A DNA stretch of 64,000 bases from Felis catus (Eukaryota), in contig NC_058368.1 in assembly GCF_018350175.1 (NCBI RefSeq), positions 62,684,001 to 62,748,000 of the forward strand, read 5' to 3'. Numbering within the stretch: the stretch's first letter is position 1; every line of letters begins with the position of its first letter. Under the pieces are notes generated by a model. It had not been told where the DNA came from. It searched no databases and saw only the letters and a list, made by a program, of their open reading frames with translations. The translations under genes were made by a program, and so were the position numbers. Shown piece by piece: positions 13,789-26,504 of the stretch.

Positions 13789-14090
13789 ACACGAAGATCA
13801 TAGAGACTTTTGTTGTTGTTTATTCCTTGAATTTTATACCAAATCAACATGTGATCATATTCAAACTGATTTTGCATGTGGAGCAAGGTAAGGTCTGAAG
13901 TACATTTTTAAAAGAAATGTTCAATTGTTCTAGAAACATTTCAATAAAAAGACTGTTATTTCTCCATTTTAGCACTTTGGCATGTTTGCTCAAAGTCATA
14001 ATTGATCATATCTGTGAGATTCTACCTCTGGTCTCTATTCTATTTTATTGATCCATGCTTTTCTTCTACATGTAAATAACATACTGGCTT
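13789..14090 (-). mobile_element. Old antisense L1 (right part, continues 10005-10879)
   Basis: GTTCAATTGTTCTAGAAACATT..AAAAGACTG..TCTCTATTCTATTTTATTGATC continues antisense ORF2 after the TSD. Confidence 0.75.
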
Positions 14091-14139
14091 TAAATTACAA
14101 AAATTGTCTTTTCTCCAACTGTCTATATATATAGGGAAA

Positions 14140-15072
14140 ATATTGAAATTTACCTAATAATATAATAAACATAAATAAAAGTACTAACCAGTAAAAAAAT
14201 CGAACTTCATCAAAATTAAGAATTTCTGTTTGTCAATAGATGCTTAGAAAAATGAATGGGCCAGCCATAGTGGCAGAGCATAAGTGTAATATACGTTTCT
14301 GACAAGATTTTTACACAGAATATACAGTGAGCTTTTCTACAAGTCAATAACAAGGAGAAGGAAAACAGCTAAATGAAAAGGAACAAAGAATTTGAATAGA
14401 TAATTTGAAAAGGACACATTAATATGTATTATAAACACATGAAAAATATCTCAAAATCATTAATTATTGGGGAAATGTAAACTATAAACCCAATACTGCT
14501 CAATAGAATGCCTGAACTTAAAAATACTAAACACATCAAATATAGGTAAGGATGTGAAACAGGAATTTACACAGTGTTGGCAGATTTGTACGATAGCACA
14601 ACCACTGCTGAAAACCATGTATGATTTCCTAGAAACATAAGCCTGCTCTACAACTAAACCATTCTATTCACAGATACAAATCCAAAGGAAGAGGGAAGTA
14701 CAAGTTTTACCCACAAACTCATGAAAATATTCATAACAATTTCCTTTACATTAGTTAAAAACCAGAGACAACCCAAATTACCACAAACAGGAGAATAGAC
14801 AAACAAATTGGTATATATTCATACAAACTACTAACAAATAGAATGGCATTGTTAAAACTCAAAAACATTACATTGAGGGTAAAAAGCCAGACCCATAAAA
14901 ACACAAGCTAGGGATGCCTGGGTGGCTCATTCGGGTAAGTGTCTTACTATTGGTTTTGGCTCAGGTCATGATCTCACGGCTCGTGAGTTTGAGCCCCACA
15001 TCAGACTCTGTGCTGACAGTGTGGAGCCTGCTGGGAGTCTTTCTCCCTCACTCTCTCATTCTTCTCTATTTG

Positions 15073-15121
<49 letters not shown>

Positions 15122-15400
15122 ATAAATAAACTTTAAAGAAAAGCACAAGCTGTATGATTTTATTTACATAAATTTCTGAAGCAAGCAAAACTAATCCATG
15201 GTGATAGAAACTTGCATAGAAGTTGCCTCTCTAGGAGTGTAGTGATTGACAGAGAAAGGGCTTGAGGGAACTTTCTGGGTGATGAAAAAAAATAAATTAT
15301 CTTGGAAGAAGTATAGGTTACAAGGTGCTGCTTTTGTGAAAACTCAAAGAATTTACACTCTAATTGTGCTTATTTTGATGTAAAAATTCAATAAAAAAGG
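14140..15400 (+). mobile_element. Ancient L1 ORF2 end and 3'UTR (L1ME-like), interrupted by a SINE
   Basis: GAACTTCATCAAAATTAAGAATTTCTG, AAACACATGAAAA..GGGGAAATGTAAA, GCAAAACTAATCCATGGTGATAGAA, GAGGGAACTTTCTGGGTGATG. Confidence 0.8.
14911..15138 (+). mobile_element. Can-SINE (SINEC_Fc-like)
   Basis: Full head, expanded (CT)n, AATAAA tail; flanked by near-identical AAA(A/G)CACAAGCT TSD. Confidence 0.95.
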
Positions 15401-15768
15401 AAAATTATAGTAGATTAAAACACAGATTATGCACATATGAAATATGTGGGGATCTCAAATCCCTGTATCTCCTCACCCAGTTCAATATACTTCCTGCTGT
15501 GGTAGGAGAGATATATTCTGTCCCACTTACAGATTAATGGATCTTCCTATGTAGATAAAGATAGCACAAAATTGGTTTATTAAAGCAATTCTTAAATAGC
15601 TATTACTATGTAGAGTTTAAGTTCCAAGCTGTATTCTAAACTTCCACACTTCTGCAGTATTTTCTTCCCAGCTCCCTTGTAAGATGCAGGTTTTTATATC
15701 ATATTAGTGAGAATGGAATCATAGTTGGGTCAGAGTTAAGGGAATATAGGTTGTATATCACTACCAAC

Positions 15769-16121
15769 TGTCTTAGTCTCTTTGCACTGCTAAAACAAAA
15801 TACTACGGACGAGTGAATTATAAACAACAATTTATTTCTCACAGTTCTAGGGACTGAAGTGTGAAATCATGGCATCTGCATGGTCAGGTGAGGGCCCTCT
15901 TCTGGGTCATAGACTTCTTTTTGTATCCTTACCTGGTGGAAGGCAGTAGGGAGCTATGGGTTCTCTTTTATAAGGATATTAATCCCATTCATTTGGACTC
16001 CACCCTCATGATCCAATCTCCTCTTAAGGGCCTCACTACTAATACCATCACTTTTGAGGGTTAGGATTTCAAAATATGAGTTTTAGGAGGATGTAAACAC
16101 CTCAGTACTCAGACCATAGCA
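15769..16121 (-). mobile_element. MaLR solo LTR (MLT1A/MLT1A0-like)
   Basis: TGTCTTAGTC..TTTATTTCTCACAGTTCT..AATCCCATTCAT..CACCCTCATGA..TCAGACCATAGCA; TG...CA ends, about 350 bp. Confidence 0.88.
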
Positions 16122-17047
16122 CTGACATTATAAGAAACGGTTATAAAAATGTGGGAAAAAGTTCTAAGAGAAGCAGGGAAGATTTTGTACACAGGCAAAA
16201 GGAGTAACCTGTGATTCATGTGGTGAAATGGTAAAGACCAAAAAAAAAAGGTATCACAATTTTGTGGGAAGACCATTTTATAAGATCCCTATCTCCCAGT
16301 TTCTGTAGGAAATGAGGAGCTTATCTTCAGTGGGTACCTCACTCCAAGTTGTAAAACTACCTCCGGTCATAAAGATGGAAGAGTTCATTTCTCCTTCAGG
16401 TAAAGCCAATTAGCGAACAGAGGCCTATGACTGGCCTATGGTGGACTTTGACTCCATCACTACCACCACTTCTGCTATTAATAAACTCTCCAGCCCTCTG
16501 TTTTAAGGACTTCATTTCATACTCTTTCCTGTACTGTCTTGATTAGTCTTCTTTGCCTGTTTAACTTCGTCTACTGCAAGTTTTACTTTGACAACTGCTG
16601 ACCTCCCTTGAATTTTCCCAGAGAGTTGTTACTTCCCCTGACGTGCCTTCATGCACAGGGAGGTCTAGCTTGCTTCATTAGGTACAGGGAGACTTCCTAA
16701 GCAGTGCTGCCCGAAACACAATGCCCATGTTCTCATAGAGAAGGGTGGTAAGTTGGTTTGTGGCAATTAGCTAGGGAAGAGGCACATTATCCTGTGGGAG
16801 TCAAAATCTGTCTTAGAATAAGCAGTTCTTAAGTAACAGTCACTATTTCAACAATACTGTATGACATCTTTTCTCTCCAGATGTTGACGGGTTCTGTTTG
16901 AAGAACTGTGTAAACAGGTGTGACTGATATTTAATGAGGTTGCTTCTATAAGCCACACATACATGCAGTGCTTATTTGTTTATGAGCACAGCTTCATACT
17001 CATGGCAATCCTAGGAACCCATACTGCAAAATGCAACAGAACTCCTT

Positions 17048-17245
17048 TCTGTATGTGTGTATGTCTGTTTTTAAGTTTTATTTCTTTGTTTTGGGGGGTG
17101 GAGGAGCAGAAAGCAGCCTCTGCACTGTCATCTCAGAGCTCGATGTGGGGCTCCAACTCACGAGCCCGTGAGGGAATCCATGAGATCATGACCTGAGCCA
17201 AAATGGAGAGCCAGAGGTTTAACCAACTGAGCCACCCAGGCACCT
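17048..17245 (-). mobile_element. Can-SINE
   Basis: GAGATCATGACCTGAGCC..AACCAACTGAGCCACCCAGGCACC; TSD CAGAACTCCTT at 17037-17047 and 17246-17256. Confidence 0.92.
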
Positions 17246-18579
17246 CAGAACTCCTTCTTTCTTAAATACTACATTGTCTAGGCAGTTGGAGATTGACTGC
17301 TTCATTAACAAGTGGGTGTACTCCCAAGATTCCTAGAGGCTATGATGTTTCTGTCAATGCATTTTGTTCTCTAATGGGAGCTAAAGAATGCTGTTTGAAT
17401 GTTTTAAAGTGGAATATTACCAATTAAATCAATAGATATCCTTCGAAAATGTGTAAATTTGCAAATGTATGTATCTTTATCCATCTTTTCCTTTTTCAAA
17501 AATTCTGAATTTGCAAATCAAGCATACCAGAGAGCAAAAGTTCTAAGTGGTTTAATTATTCTATCTGCTTTGAAGAAATAGAAAGAGACAATGCTTCAGG
17601 TAATCAACAGTCAAGTTATTTAGAGATATACGGCTGGATTCATCTTTTTGAATTGCTCTTGACATTTAATAATTTTTAGTTTGAAATAATTTTATTTTCT
17701 TTGATTTTCATGCTTTAGGCGTTTCAGAAGTGTAATTTATTCAATTACATGAGATGATCTCTATTATTAGGATGATTTACAATTTTCAGATTCTTTTAAA
17801 CTTTTGTGTTTTTTCTTACTATCTACTATATTTTTTCTTACTTTGAGAACTTTTTTTCTATTTAATTTATTTAATTTAGGCCTATCATCTAGGCATTCAG
17901 GTACAATTAAATATTAAGTTAAAAATTAATATTTTGATCTAATTGTTTACCAACATTTATTTTTTGTTTATAACATGTTTTGTTATAAGTTTTGGTTAGC
18001 TGGACAAACCAAAATCCTGTCTAAACACTCTCAAGGTCCAATGAATTTACAAGTCTTCATTCTTGACACTCAAATAAAAAAGAGATACCTATATATTTAA
18101 GCATTATGGATAAAAATAAGCATATGTTTAAGGAGGAAATAAGCTATTATTGTTTTTTCACCCCAATCCTAAAGGAAAACAATATGGAGATTCAGATTTT
18201 TTTCTTTTTTCTTATCAATGTGGTATTGATGTGGTATTAATTACTAAATCATTATTAAGTAATTAATTAATATGGTATTAATGAACCCTTTAGGAACCTC
18301 GGTTGACTGTTCTGGGTCCCACATGGATGGATTTGTAGATTCTTTAGCTTGTACTGAGAGGGGAGGTCAGTGGCTGAGTTCTCTTTCAGAGCATCACCTG
18401 AACAAACAAGGAATTCTTCTGTCTGGAACTTAATCCTTTTGTATTACCTTCTTGAATATCCATCTATGTTACAAGTTTGTTACCTCAAAAGTTGGAACTT
18501 ACCTTTTATTGGCTTATTTCACACAAGACCTGATCATAGGAAGGAAGGAAGTCATCTAATTGTTGGCCTTACATCTTAA

Positions 18580-18932
18580 TAGTAAATTAAGAGAAACAAG
18601 TTTAGTATGTCATAAACAGAATGCAGAGAACAATTAGGAGTCGCTTTTATTCAGTCCACTTCAATAGGCATAATGTTCATTACTGAGGAACATCTATAAG
18701 AAAATAAAAAGAAGTCCTAGGGCTTTATAAAGGCAGGTAAACAACGGAGTCATCAAGGAATCTTAGGATAGTTATGTGGAAGAATGGAAGTGGGTGTTAT
18801 CTCAGAATTTGCAGGGAGTGAGGGGAGCCATGTGGTCCTTTGTGGTTAGCCATTTCCTGAAATGCAAATGAATGGGGGGATTTCTTAACCATCTCATTTT
18901 CTCAGAGCCAGAAATCAGATAAAGTTCAACAT
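18580..18932 (-). mobile_element. Possible ERV solo LTR, family unassigned
   Basis: Ends ..GATAAAGTTCAACA (TG start on minus); TTTTATT (AATAAA on minus) near the left end; GC-richer than flanks. Confidence 0.35.
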
Positions 18933-20139
18933 TTTTAATAGATATCAAGCCAAATGTCTGCAAGATCATGCAAAGCTATCTCCTGCTCATATCTCCTGGA
19001 TATGAAGCCTACAATTATTTAATATCTGAATTATTAACATGAGGTGATTGCTTTCCAATGAAAGAACATATAATTGTCCCTCCTTTCATTTGGGTTAATG
19101 ATACTTAGGCTTTGTCTACTTCCCAATAAAAATATTAAGAAACAACAAGCATGATTTATTTCTTAGAGACACATACATAATTTGTAGAAGAATATCTCAC
19201 ACTTCTGTCAATTCTTCTGTTATAAGCAATATAAATTACTTTAAAGGACTGGAATGACTCAGAATCTGTAATACCATATTTTGGGAAAACTAATGCCAGG
19301 TTTATAGGCTCTCCGTTTTCCAGCTGACAGAAAAACTCTCATATGGAAAACAGCCAATCACTTTATTATAAGGAACAGGATTTTCCAAGGGTCTCTGGGT
19401 ATGGTCGTCTCTATTACTCATACATGACTCTCTCTCTCTCTACCTCCGATTTACAATGACAACTTGTTTATTCTTAATGATTAATATTTATTGAGTCATA
19501 CTGAAGTGTAAAATTGGTATAAGCATAAATAAATGCTTCTGAAATTGTTCTTTTTTCTTCTGTCAGTGATATTTTTCTTCTTGGAATTACTAAAAAAAAT
19601 TTTTTTCTTCCTGAAACTTCCTTCCTTTTCTCTTCTTTCAGTCATTCTAAATGTTCATTTGTGTTTCTTGCTACTATTGTTCTTTGAATATCTGATGATC
19701 CTAGGACGACTATTCATTTTTAGGGATGAAGAGCTAAGTCAATTGATTAACACTGCTGGAACGGATTTCCTGTTTTTGTCAGCTTTTCCCATGAATGAAA
19801 AATTTGGACATATGTGTTGTATTGGGATTAGGAACACAATTGATATGCTAACTTTTAGGGTATGGATAAGAAACAGGCAGACCGGCTGTTACTTGCCTTA
19901 TTGTGAAAAAAAGCAGGGCTTATGGTAGAGACAACTTAACCTGGAAGCCAATCACTAACTTCCCTTTGACAGGCAACCAATTCCAAGAATTTCTCTCCCA
20001 ATATGGGAGAAAACTCTATTGCTACTTCTGCTGATGAAGGAGGTAAAATTGTCACACATTCATTCAACATATTCTCTCTAGGTCCATTTGTTTTAGCAAT
20101 TAATTTGATGACTGATGTTTCATTAACTTTGATGCTTCA

Positions 20140-20600
20140 CTAATTCAATGTGTATTTATCAACCATCACTGTCCTAGTTTCTGAAAACATTTCATTGAAA
20201 AATTATACATCAGTCCAGGCCTCCAATTGCTCAGCCTGGTGTGGTGATAACAAGTGATAACAATGGAATTCAATATGTTCTGCAGAAAATGAAGTAAAGA
20301 AAGCTATGGAAGCAAAAGGAAGGGCTCCAATAGTGTCAATTCTGGGGACAAGGTCATAGAAAGCTGAGGCATGGGATAATCAGGAGTCACAGGGGCCAAA
20401 AGGATGAGCTGGGAGAGGAAGAGTTGTATTGAACAGAAAAGGAACTGCATGCACATGTGGGGAACTTACCATAGTTCAGTGGAGTTGGTGAGGGTAAAAT
20501 CAGGGAGCACTGGAGCAAATGACAGACCAAGTGATTAAGAACTGAATATGTAAAGACAGTGAGTGCAAATTTCCATTTGATGAGTTTGGTTGTGATGAGG
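20140..20600 (-). mobile_element. L2 fragment
   Basis: Purine-rich degenerate L2 3' pattern (TTCAATGTGTATTTATC..AGCTATGGAAGCA..GAACTGCATGCA). Confidence 0.45.
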
Positions 20601-20979
20601 AGCAGAGGTACCAATAGGTGTTAGATAATCATAGAAAATAATTTCTCTTAGCCCTCCCTAAGTACCTTCATACTGATGATTGATCTATACTCAAGTCTCT
20701 GGAGTTACATACAGATTAAAAGTTAAACAATTATCAAATATGACCAGGATTTTCATAGTGTATGTCCTGATAAGAGAAAGAAAACAAGTTTAAGGAGATA
20801 TTATTTAGTGAAGTGAATTAGATTTAGTAAAAAACAATTTCTACTATATAAGCAGACATATAGTGGGGGGTGGCCCTGAGACCCATTCTGAGTATCAGAA
20901 TGGGATGGCAGCCCCTTTGCTGAAGTGTCCTTCTTTCCTGATGGAGAGGGATGTGGGAGGGGGAGATGGAATGAAAGCC

Positions 20980-21340
20980 CGTTGAAAATATGGTTCAAAT
21001 GTCAAGACTGATAACTCCAAACGTGCATGATAAAGGTAAGCTTCATTATTCATCTAATAAGGCTTTCTGGAGGGGCAACAAGGGCTTCCAAGTAGGTCTT
21101 AAAATGGTTTGAGAGAACAAGAAGAGGTGACTCGAGTTGGGATTTATTCTTCCGTGGGGTTGGAGCAAGGATTTCCTTTCATGGGGCCATGGCTTGCATG
21201 GTTTAAATTTCTTGCTTGCACCAAAATAAGTGTCCAGACTGTCTACTCAGTTTTCCCAGCTATGGGGCACAAGGGGCTAAACGAGTGATGAGCTTGAACA
21301 CTGTCAATAGGCAACCTAAAAAGTGAATTCAATTCTTTAA
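20980..21340 (-). mobile_element. ERVL-class solo LTR (MER54/MER73/LTR53 group)
   Basis: Minus strand reads ..AAACCATGCAAGCC..CTCTCAAACCATTTT..CCAGAAAGCCTTATTA..ATCAGTCTTGACAT.., colinear with a recalled ERVL LTR; subfamily uncertain. Confidence 0.65.
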
Positions 21341-22839
21341 GCAGAGAGAAATCGCTCTAAAGCTCTGAATGCAACAAAATGCTCGTACTGGTTCCATGCT
21401 GTTATAGGGTACTAAAAGAAGATTTTAAATAACACAAAATTTAACCAGGAGAATTTTTCAATTATTTCTGGAGAATTCTTCTTTATTCATGAACCACATT
21501 TCAAGCAATCACTCCAATCTAAATGCAAACAACTATTAACTTGTTAGACAAATAAATTTTAGTTGAAAGAACTGACTGCTGAAACTAGCAGCCTGAGCTC
21601 TTTCTAATATACAACTTTTGCCAAAGCTGTTTGAATCAGGTAAGACAACAGTCCATCACTGGCACTGAACTATAATTTTCTGATTTTTAGGACTAGGCCA
21701 ACACCAGGATCAGGACTAGAGAGTGTAGTTTTAAAGAATGAGGAAAGCAGCCTGAGAATCTAAATTCACAAGAAAGAGGTTCAATGTGGGGTCATAGTAC
21801 AGAGTGAATGAGAAATTGGCCTTGATCTAGCTATGGAAGATCAAGGAAGTTTTATTTACACTATCCCAAAGGGACAGTGCGTCTTTTTGGAGAAGACATG
21901 GTAAAAGTGATGTAATTATCATGATCTAACATCTGAAGTTTGGTGAATTTATCTTTCAAGGATTCTCAGCTAAGCAAAAACTATAACCCCTCACACCTTT
22001 CCTCCTTATTGAGATGCACAAACAATCTTAACCAAAGACACTGCTGTCCATATGATCACAGCATCTTTTTCACAGGGATACAAAGGGCTTTCGATCACCA
22101 GAGGGAAGGAACACCCAGTTTTGATAGTCTTCAACTGGCCATATTGCCTTATACTCATTGAAATTCCGGCCTTTTCTCAATTAAAAACATCAGCAGAGAC
22201 AGAATTGACACCACTTTGGAAAATAATATTGAGTTTAAACATTCATCTCCCACATAGTTTTTAAAAATATGCTCCTTGTTTTTAGAATCTTCAGTCACTC
22301 TTAGGTAGAACAAATTTATAATACATGAACTATTCCATAGAGAGAAATGGAGGAGTGTTAATTCAGACCCACTACTATTGGAATGCAATAAGTAATACAT
22401 TAGTAATAAGTTAGTGTGGTCACAGATGGTAAGTGATTTAAATGCACCTTCATTCCTATAGAAGAGTAAGTATTTGAGAAACCAGAGCATCAGTCACACT
22501 CAGGGGAGGCAAAGATCTAATTTTAGTTAATAGCATTAAAAAAGTAAATTGCCAAAAAATAAGAAAGGAAATTGCCACCACACACACACATTATTATGAA
22601 AGCAGAAATATCTTAACAAATTTTATTATGGACTTACTGAAAAACAACCTTTAACCTCTTAAAATTAGAAGCCAAAATCAAGACAAATATGGCAGATAGA
22701 TTAATTGTCTGTACTTTGATAATCTAATTTATAGACTTGAAATTTACACAGATTTATTTTGACTTTTTTTTCTAAAATTGCATTTTTTTATATTACATGA
22801 GAAGTGTCAATTCCAGTAGATTTGTTATGAGTACATGCC

Positions 22840-23030
22840 AAAGGTCTGGAGTCTGAGTTTCAAGTCTACTACTGCCCTTTGCTAGCTATATGAAATTGGC
22901 AGGCCAATTAATCTCTTTGTGCATCAGTTTTCCCATCTATGAAATAGGAATGATATTATACTTATCTCTTACAGTTGCTGAGAGGACTAAATGTGTAATG
23001 CATGATAAATATAAGAAAATGTTGGCTCTC
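22840..23030 (+). mobile_element. MIR
   Basis: CTGAGTTTCAAGTC..TTAATCTCTTTGTGCATCAGTTTTCCCATCTATGAAATAGGAATGATA..GTTGCTGAGAGGACTAAATG. Confidence 0.8.
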
Positions 23031-24609
23031 ATAAACATCAAAATATTAGCTTTTCAAAAAAAATCGTATTTTCCCTTTGTTTAACATGAGGAAGACTCAA
23101 GATCAAAATACTGACTCTTCTTATCATAACATTTATCTTTGCTGTTTCTCATGCTTCAAAAAAATGTCTTCAGCTTTGTATACATAGTGTTTTTGCTTTT
23201 AATAATCTATTTAAGCTCAGGGATGCTTCCAAAAAAGTTGGTCTTATCATGTAGAGTACCCAAGAAAGACATAAACTCCCTATTTGATAAAATATGATAA
23301 TAAAGGAGAGATACATAATCTGTAATTAAATGACAGATTTTCTTTCTGCCTCAAAATTTTATTTGGCACATGGAAGATACAGAAAAATAGTTGTCTGTTA
23401 TTATTTGATCATAGGTACTAACTTTATTTGTGATTATATAATTAATTTTTAATTATTTGACATGCTGCAGACTTAGACTGGCATACCATAGTCTATGATT
23501 ATGTTTTGTTTCTTTCATTTTCTCCTTCATTTCTGGTAATTATTATTTACAGCCTTTAATGCTAAATTCTTTTGTTCAGAACGGCTTATGCCTGCCAATT
23601 TTTCCAATGAAATTTAAAATATTAATAAGAAAGATCCCTACATGTTCACATAATGTTTTACTTATCTCCTTCTACTTGTGTATGTTAATCTTTCCTGCCT
23701 TGTTTTAATGCAGAAACTGTGTGGCATACATTTCATCATCCCTTTAATTTCCTATCCCTGGGTTTTTACATCTGCATATTTACTTTTGTGATTCAAGTGT
23801 TATGTATTTTTATTAATTATTCAACTACATTGAATTCACTGTTTTATTCCTCATTACATATCCTTCCCAAATTTATTTTCTAATATAGTCTAGAAATTGA
23901 GACCCATAATTATAATATTTTTGCTTTATATTATACCTTTTAAATTTCCATGTTGAAATTTATTTTGTAATTAAATTAGCCATTTGTGTGTGTGTGTGCA
24001 TGTGTGTATATAGCCTGTATTGCTCATTAGTACACAAATTCACTATGTGTATACTCCAGCACATGAAAAATACCTGTTGTATAGAGTTACTAGATGAAAA
24101 CCTTTACTGCTTGTAATTTTCTAATTCTAGTCATCTGTCCTTTTGTCATTTGGTGATGCAAATAGACTTGATTTTTGCTCTTTATATGTTATTCAATATT
24201 TCTCTGACTGTCTTTGTATACCAAGGAAACAATTCTGTGTCTTGCTTTGTGTTTGACCCCAGTTCCATTATAAGAGAGAAATATGGTACTATCTGATCTC
24301 CTTTCTAGTTCTCTAACTTTCAGTGTCATTGAAGAGTATTTTGTAAATTCCAATAACCTGTTTTCCTGTTTGCTTGCTCACCTTTTCCTTAGGTGTCTCA
24401 AGCACAAGGTCAAGTGGCTGTAATTAATCTGTGGGGCCAAAAACAGTTTTAGGTCACCTATTTCCTGTTTGAACTTTTGTCTACCCTGGATTATATGCAA
24501 CTGTGGATGAGATTTAGATTTGCAACAAACACCTTTTATGTCCTATGTCACAACACTTCAAATTAATAAAATTTGAGTATAACTGAGGAAATAGCTTTGA
24601 AAGTCTACC

Positions 24610-25200
24610 TCACATCCTAGCTCAAGTACCCTACACAGTGTCTCTCAATTTTTTGGCCTCAGATTTTTCTCTACAATTTAAAGAACGGTACTAAGTCCTT
24701 CAAAATGCAAAGTTAACACTCCCAGGGGCAATTCTCTTTTTTAAAAAAAATTTAATGTTTATTTATTTTTGAGAGAGAGAGAGAGAGCACGTGAGCAGGG
24801 AGGGGAGGGACATAGAGAGGGAGACACAGATTCAGAAGCAGGTTCCAGACTCCTAGTTGTCAGCACAGGGCTCGATGTGGCGCTCAGACCCACAAATGTG
24901 AGATCATGACCTGTGAGATCATAAGTTGGATGCTTAACCGACTGAGCAACCCAGGTGCCCCAACCCAGGTACAATTTTTAACAAAGGGGAAGAGGGAGTT
25001 GATCAATTAATGTCCCTACTTCCAACCTGTTAGGAATGATTTTGGTAGTCATTCTGTAAGGTTTCATTTTGGGTTTTCTTCCTTCTGTGTCTAACTCATG
25101 CCACTCTTCCCTCCACACTATGAGATTGACTCTCCAATAAATTACTAGCTCTGAGGATTATATGTCATGGACTACTTTTGAGAGAACTCAAAACCAGGTA
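24610..25200 (+). mobile_element. LTR16B/E-like ERVL LTR, split by a SINE
   Basis: GTTAACACTCCCAGGGGCAA..GGGAGTTGATCAATTAATGTCCC..CTCCAATAAATTACTAG..TACTTTTGAGAGAACTCAAAAC. Confidence 0.55.
24737..24961 (-). mobile_element. Can-SINE (SINEC_Fc-like)
   Basis: TTTATTTATTTTTGAGAGAG..GGAGACACAGATTCAGAAGCAGG..CCAGGTGCCCC. Confidence 0.95.
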
Positions 25201-25518
25201 TTTCAAGTTTTTTCTCTTAATTATAATGCTATGCTATTTTCTCATAGAAGTGAATTGTGAGTTAGGCTTTTATCATTTTCCTTCAGTATAGTACTGAATG
25301 TACTATAGTAGAAATTCCTTGATGTTTCTGGCATGTAATAAATAGGAAGTTGAATTATTTTTATCATTGTCATTTTCAGTTTATTTGGTCATATTCAATC
25401 AATATCAAGAATATAAGAAGAGGTAGTCAATTCAGCTTCCACCCAAAATGAAGTAACAAGTATCATATTTACCATCTACCCTTAAATTCAAAAATAAATC
25501 TAAAAAATCAACTTAGGT

Positions 25519-25720
25519 TTTTAAGTTTATTTATTTATTTTGAGAGAGACAGAATGAGCAGGGAAGGGGCAGAGAGAGAGAGGGAGAGAGAGAATCCCAA
25601 GCAGACTCCATGCCGTTGACACAGAGCCCGACCCCAGGGCTTGAACTCACAAACAGTGAGATCATGACATGAGCCAAAACCAAGTCAGTCACTTGACTGG
25701 CTAAGCCACCCAGGCACCCC
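25519..25720 (-). mobile_element. Can-SINE
   Basis: GAGAATCCCAAGCAG..GAGATCATGAC..GCCACCCAGGCACCCC. Confidence 0.95.
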
Positions 25721-25739
25721 AAAATAAATAAATTAAATA

Positions 25740-26362
25740 AGCACAGGAGCAGTGATCCCTAAGAGATGGGAAACATGAATGCCCCCAGCTTAATGCCTAG
25801 AGGAAAAGGCAGAATAAGGCAAAGCCAGGGTATCCCTGAGTTGAGGGTTGAAAGAGGCTAAGACAACTCAATCCACAGGGCAAGGCTCCAGAGTGAAAAG
25901 ACTTGCACAGGAAGAGATCTCCAGAGGTCTTCAGAAGGTCCTTTTCAGCAGAGTGATTATCAACACATGAATGTGAAGAAACTAACTGAGCTGAGGCAAT
26001 AATGCAAGAAACAGAAATAAACAACATGAGATTGGAAGGAAAGAGATAAAACTGATTCTATTTGCAAACCACATGATTGTCTATGTAAAGAATTTATTAG
26101 TAGCTACAGAAAAGCTAATAGAACTAATAAGTGATTTTAACAAAGTTGTAGGATGCAAGGTTACTATCAATACAATGCAAATGTAAAAATCAATTGTATT
26201 TCTAAACACTAGTAATGGACAATAGGAAATTCAACTTTAAAACTAAAGACCACTTGCCATATCACCAAGAAACATGAAATATTAGATATTCATCAATAAA
26301 ATATACAGAAGAACTGTATGCAGAAAACTACTCAACACTGATGAAAGAAAAAAAGAAGACCA
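25740..26362 (+). mobile_element. Ancient L1 remnant including a degenerate RT region
   Basis: ACTGATTCTATTTGCAAACCACATGATTGTCTATGTA (decayed FADD region); AAAATCAATTGTATTTCTA; GCAGAAAACTAC. Confidence 0.75.
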
Positions 26363-26365
26363 GGT

Positions 26366-26504
26366 TCAAGGGAGGTGCAGAGAGAGAGGGGGATAAAGGA
26401 TCTGAAGCAGGCTCCAGGCTGATAGCAGAGAGCCCAATGGTAACTATGAGATCATGACCTGAGCTGTAGTCAGACACTCAACCAATTAATCACTCAGGTG
26501 CCCC
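26366..26504 (-). mobile_element. Can-SINE lacking its tail
   Basis: Head and body present (TCTGAAGCAGGCTCCAGGCTGA..CAGGTGCCCC); poly-A/AATAAA end absent. Confidence 0.9.

Noticed and set aside
18225..18285. Short direct and inverted repeats (TGTGGTATT twice; TTAATTACT..AGTAATTAA) as an array or hairpin RNA
   Set aside because: Low-complexity AT-rich sequence, too short and irregular.
19533..19928. 131-aa hydrophobic ORF as a membrane protein
   Set aside because: F/L richness reflects T-rich sequence, probably decayed antisense L1; no recognisable domain.
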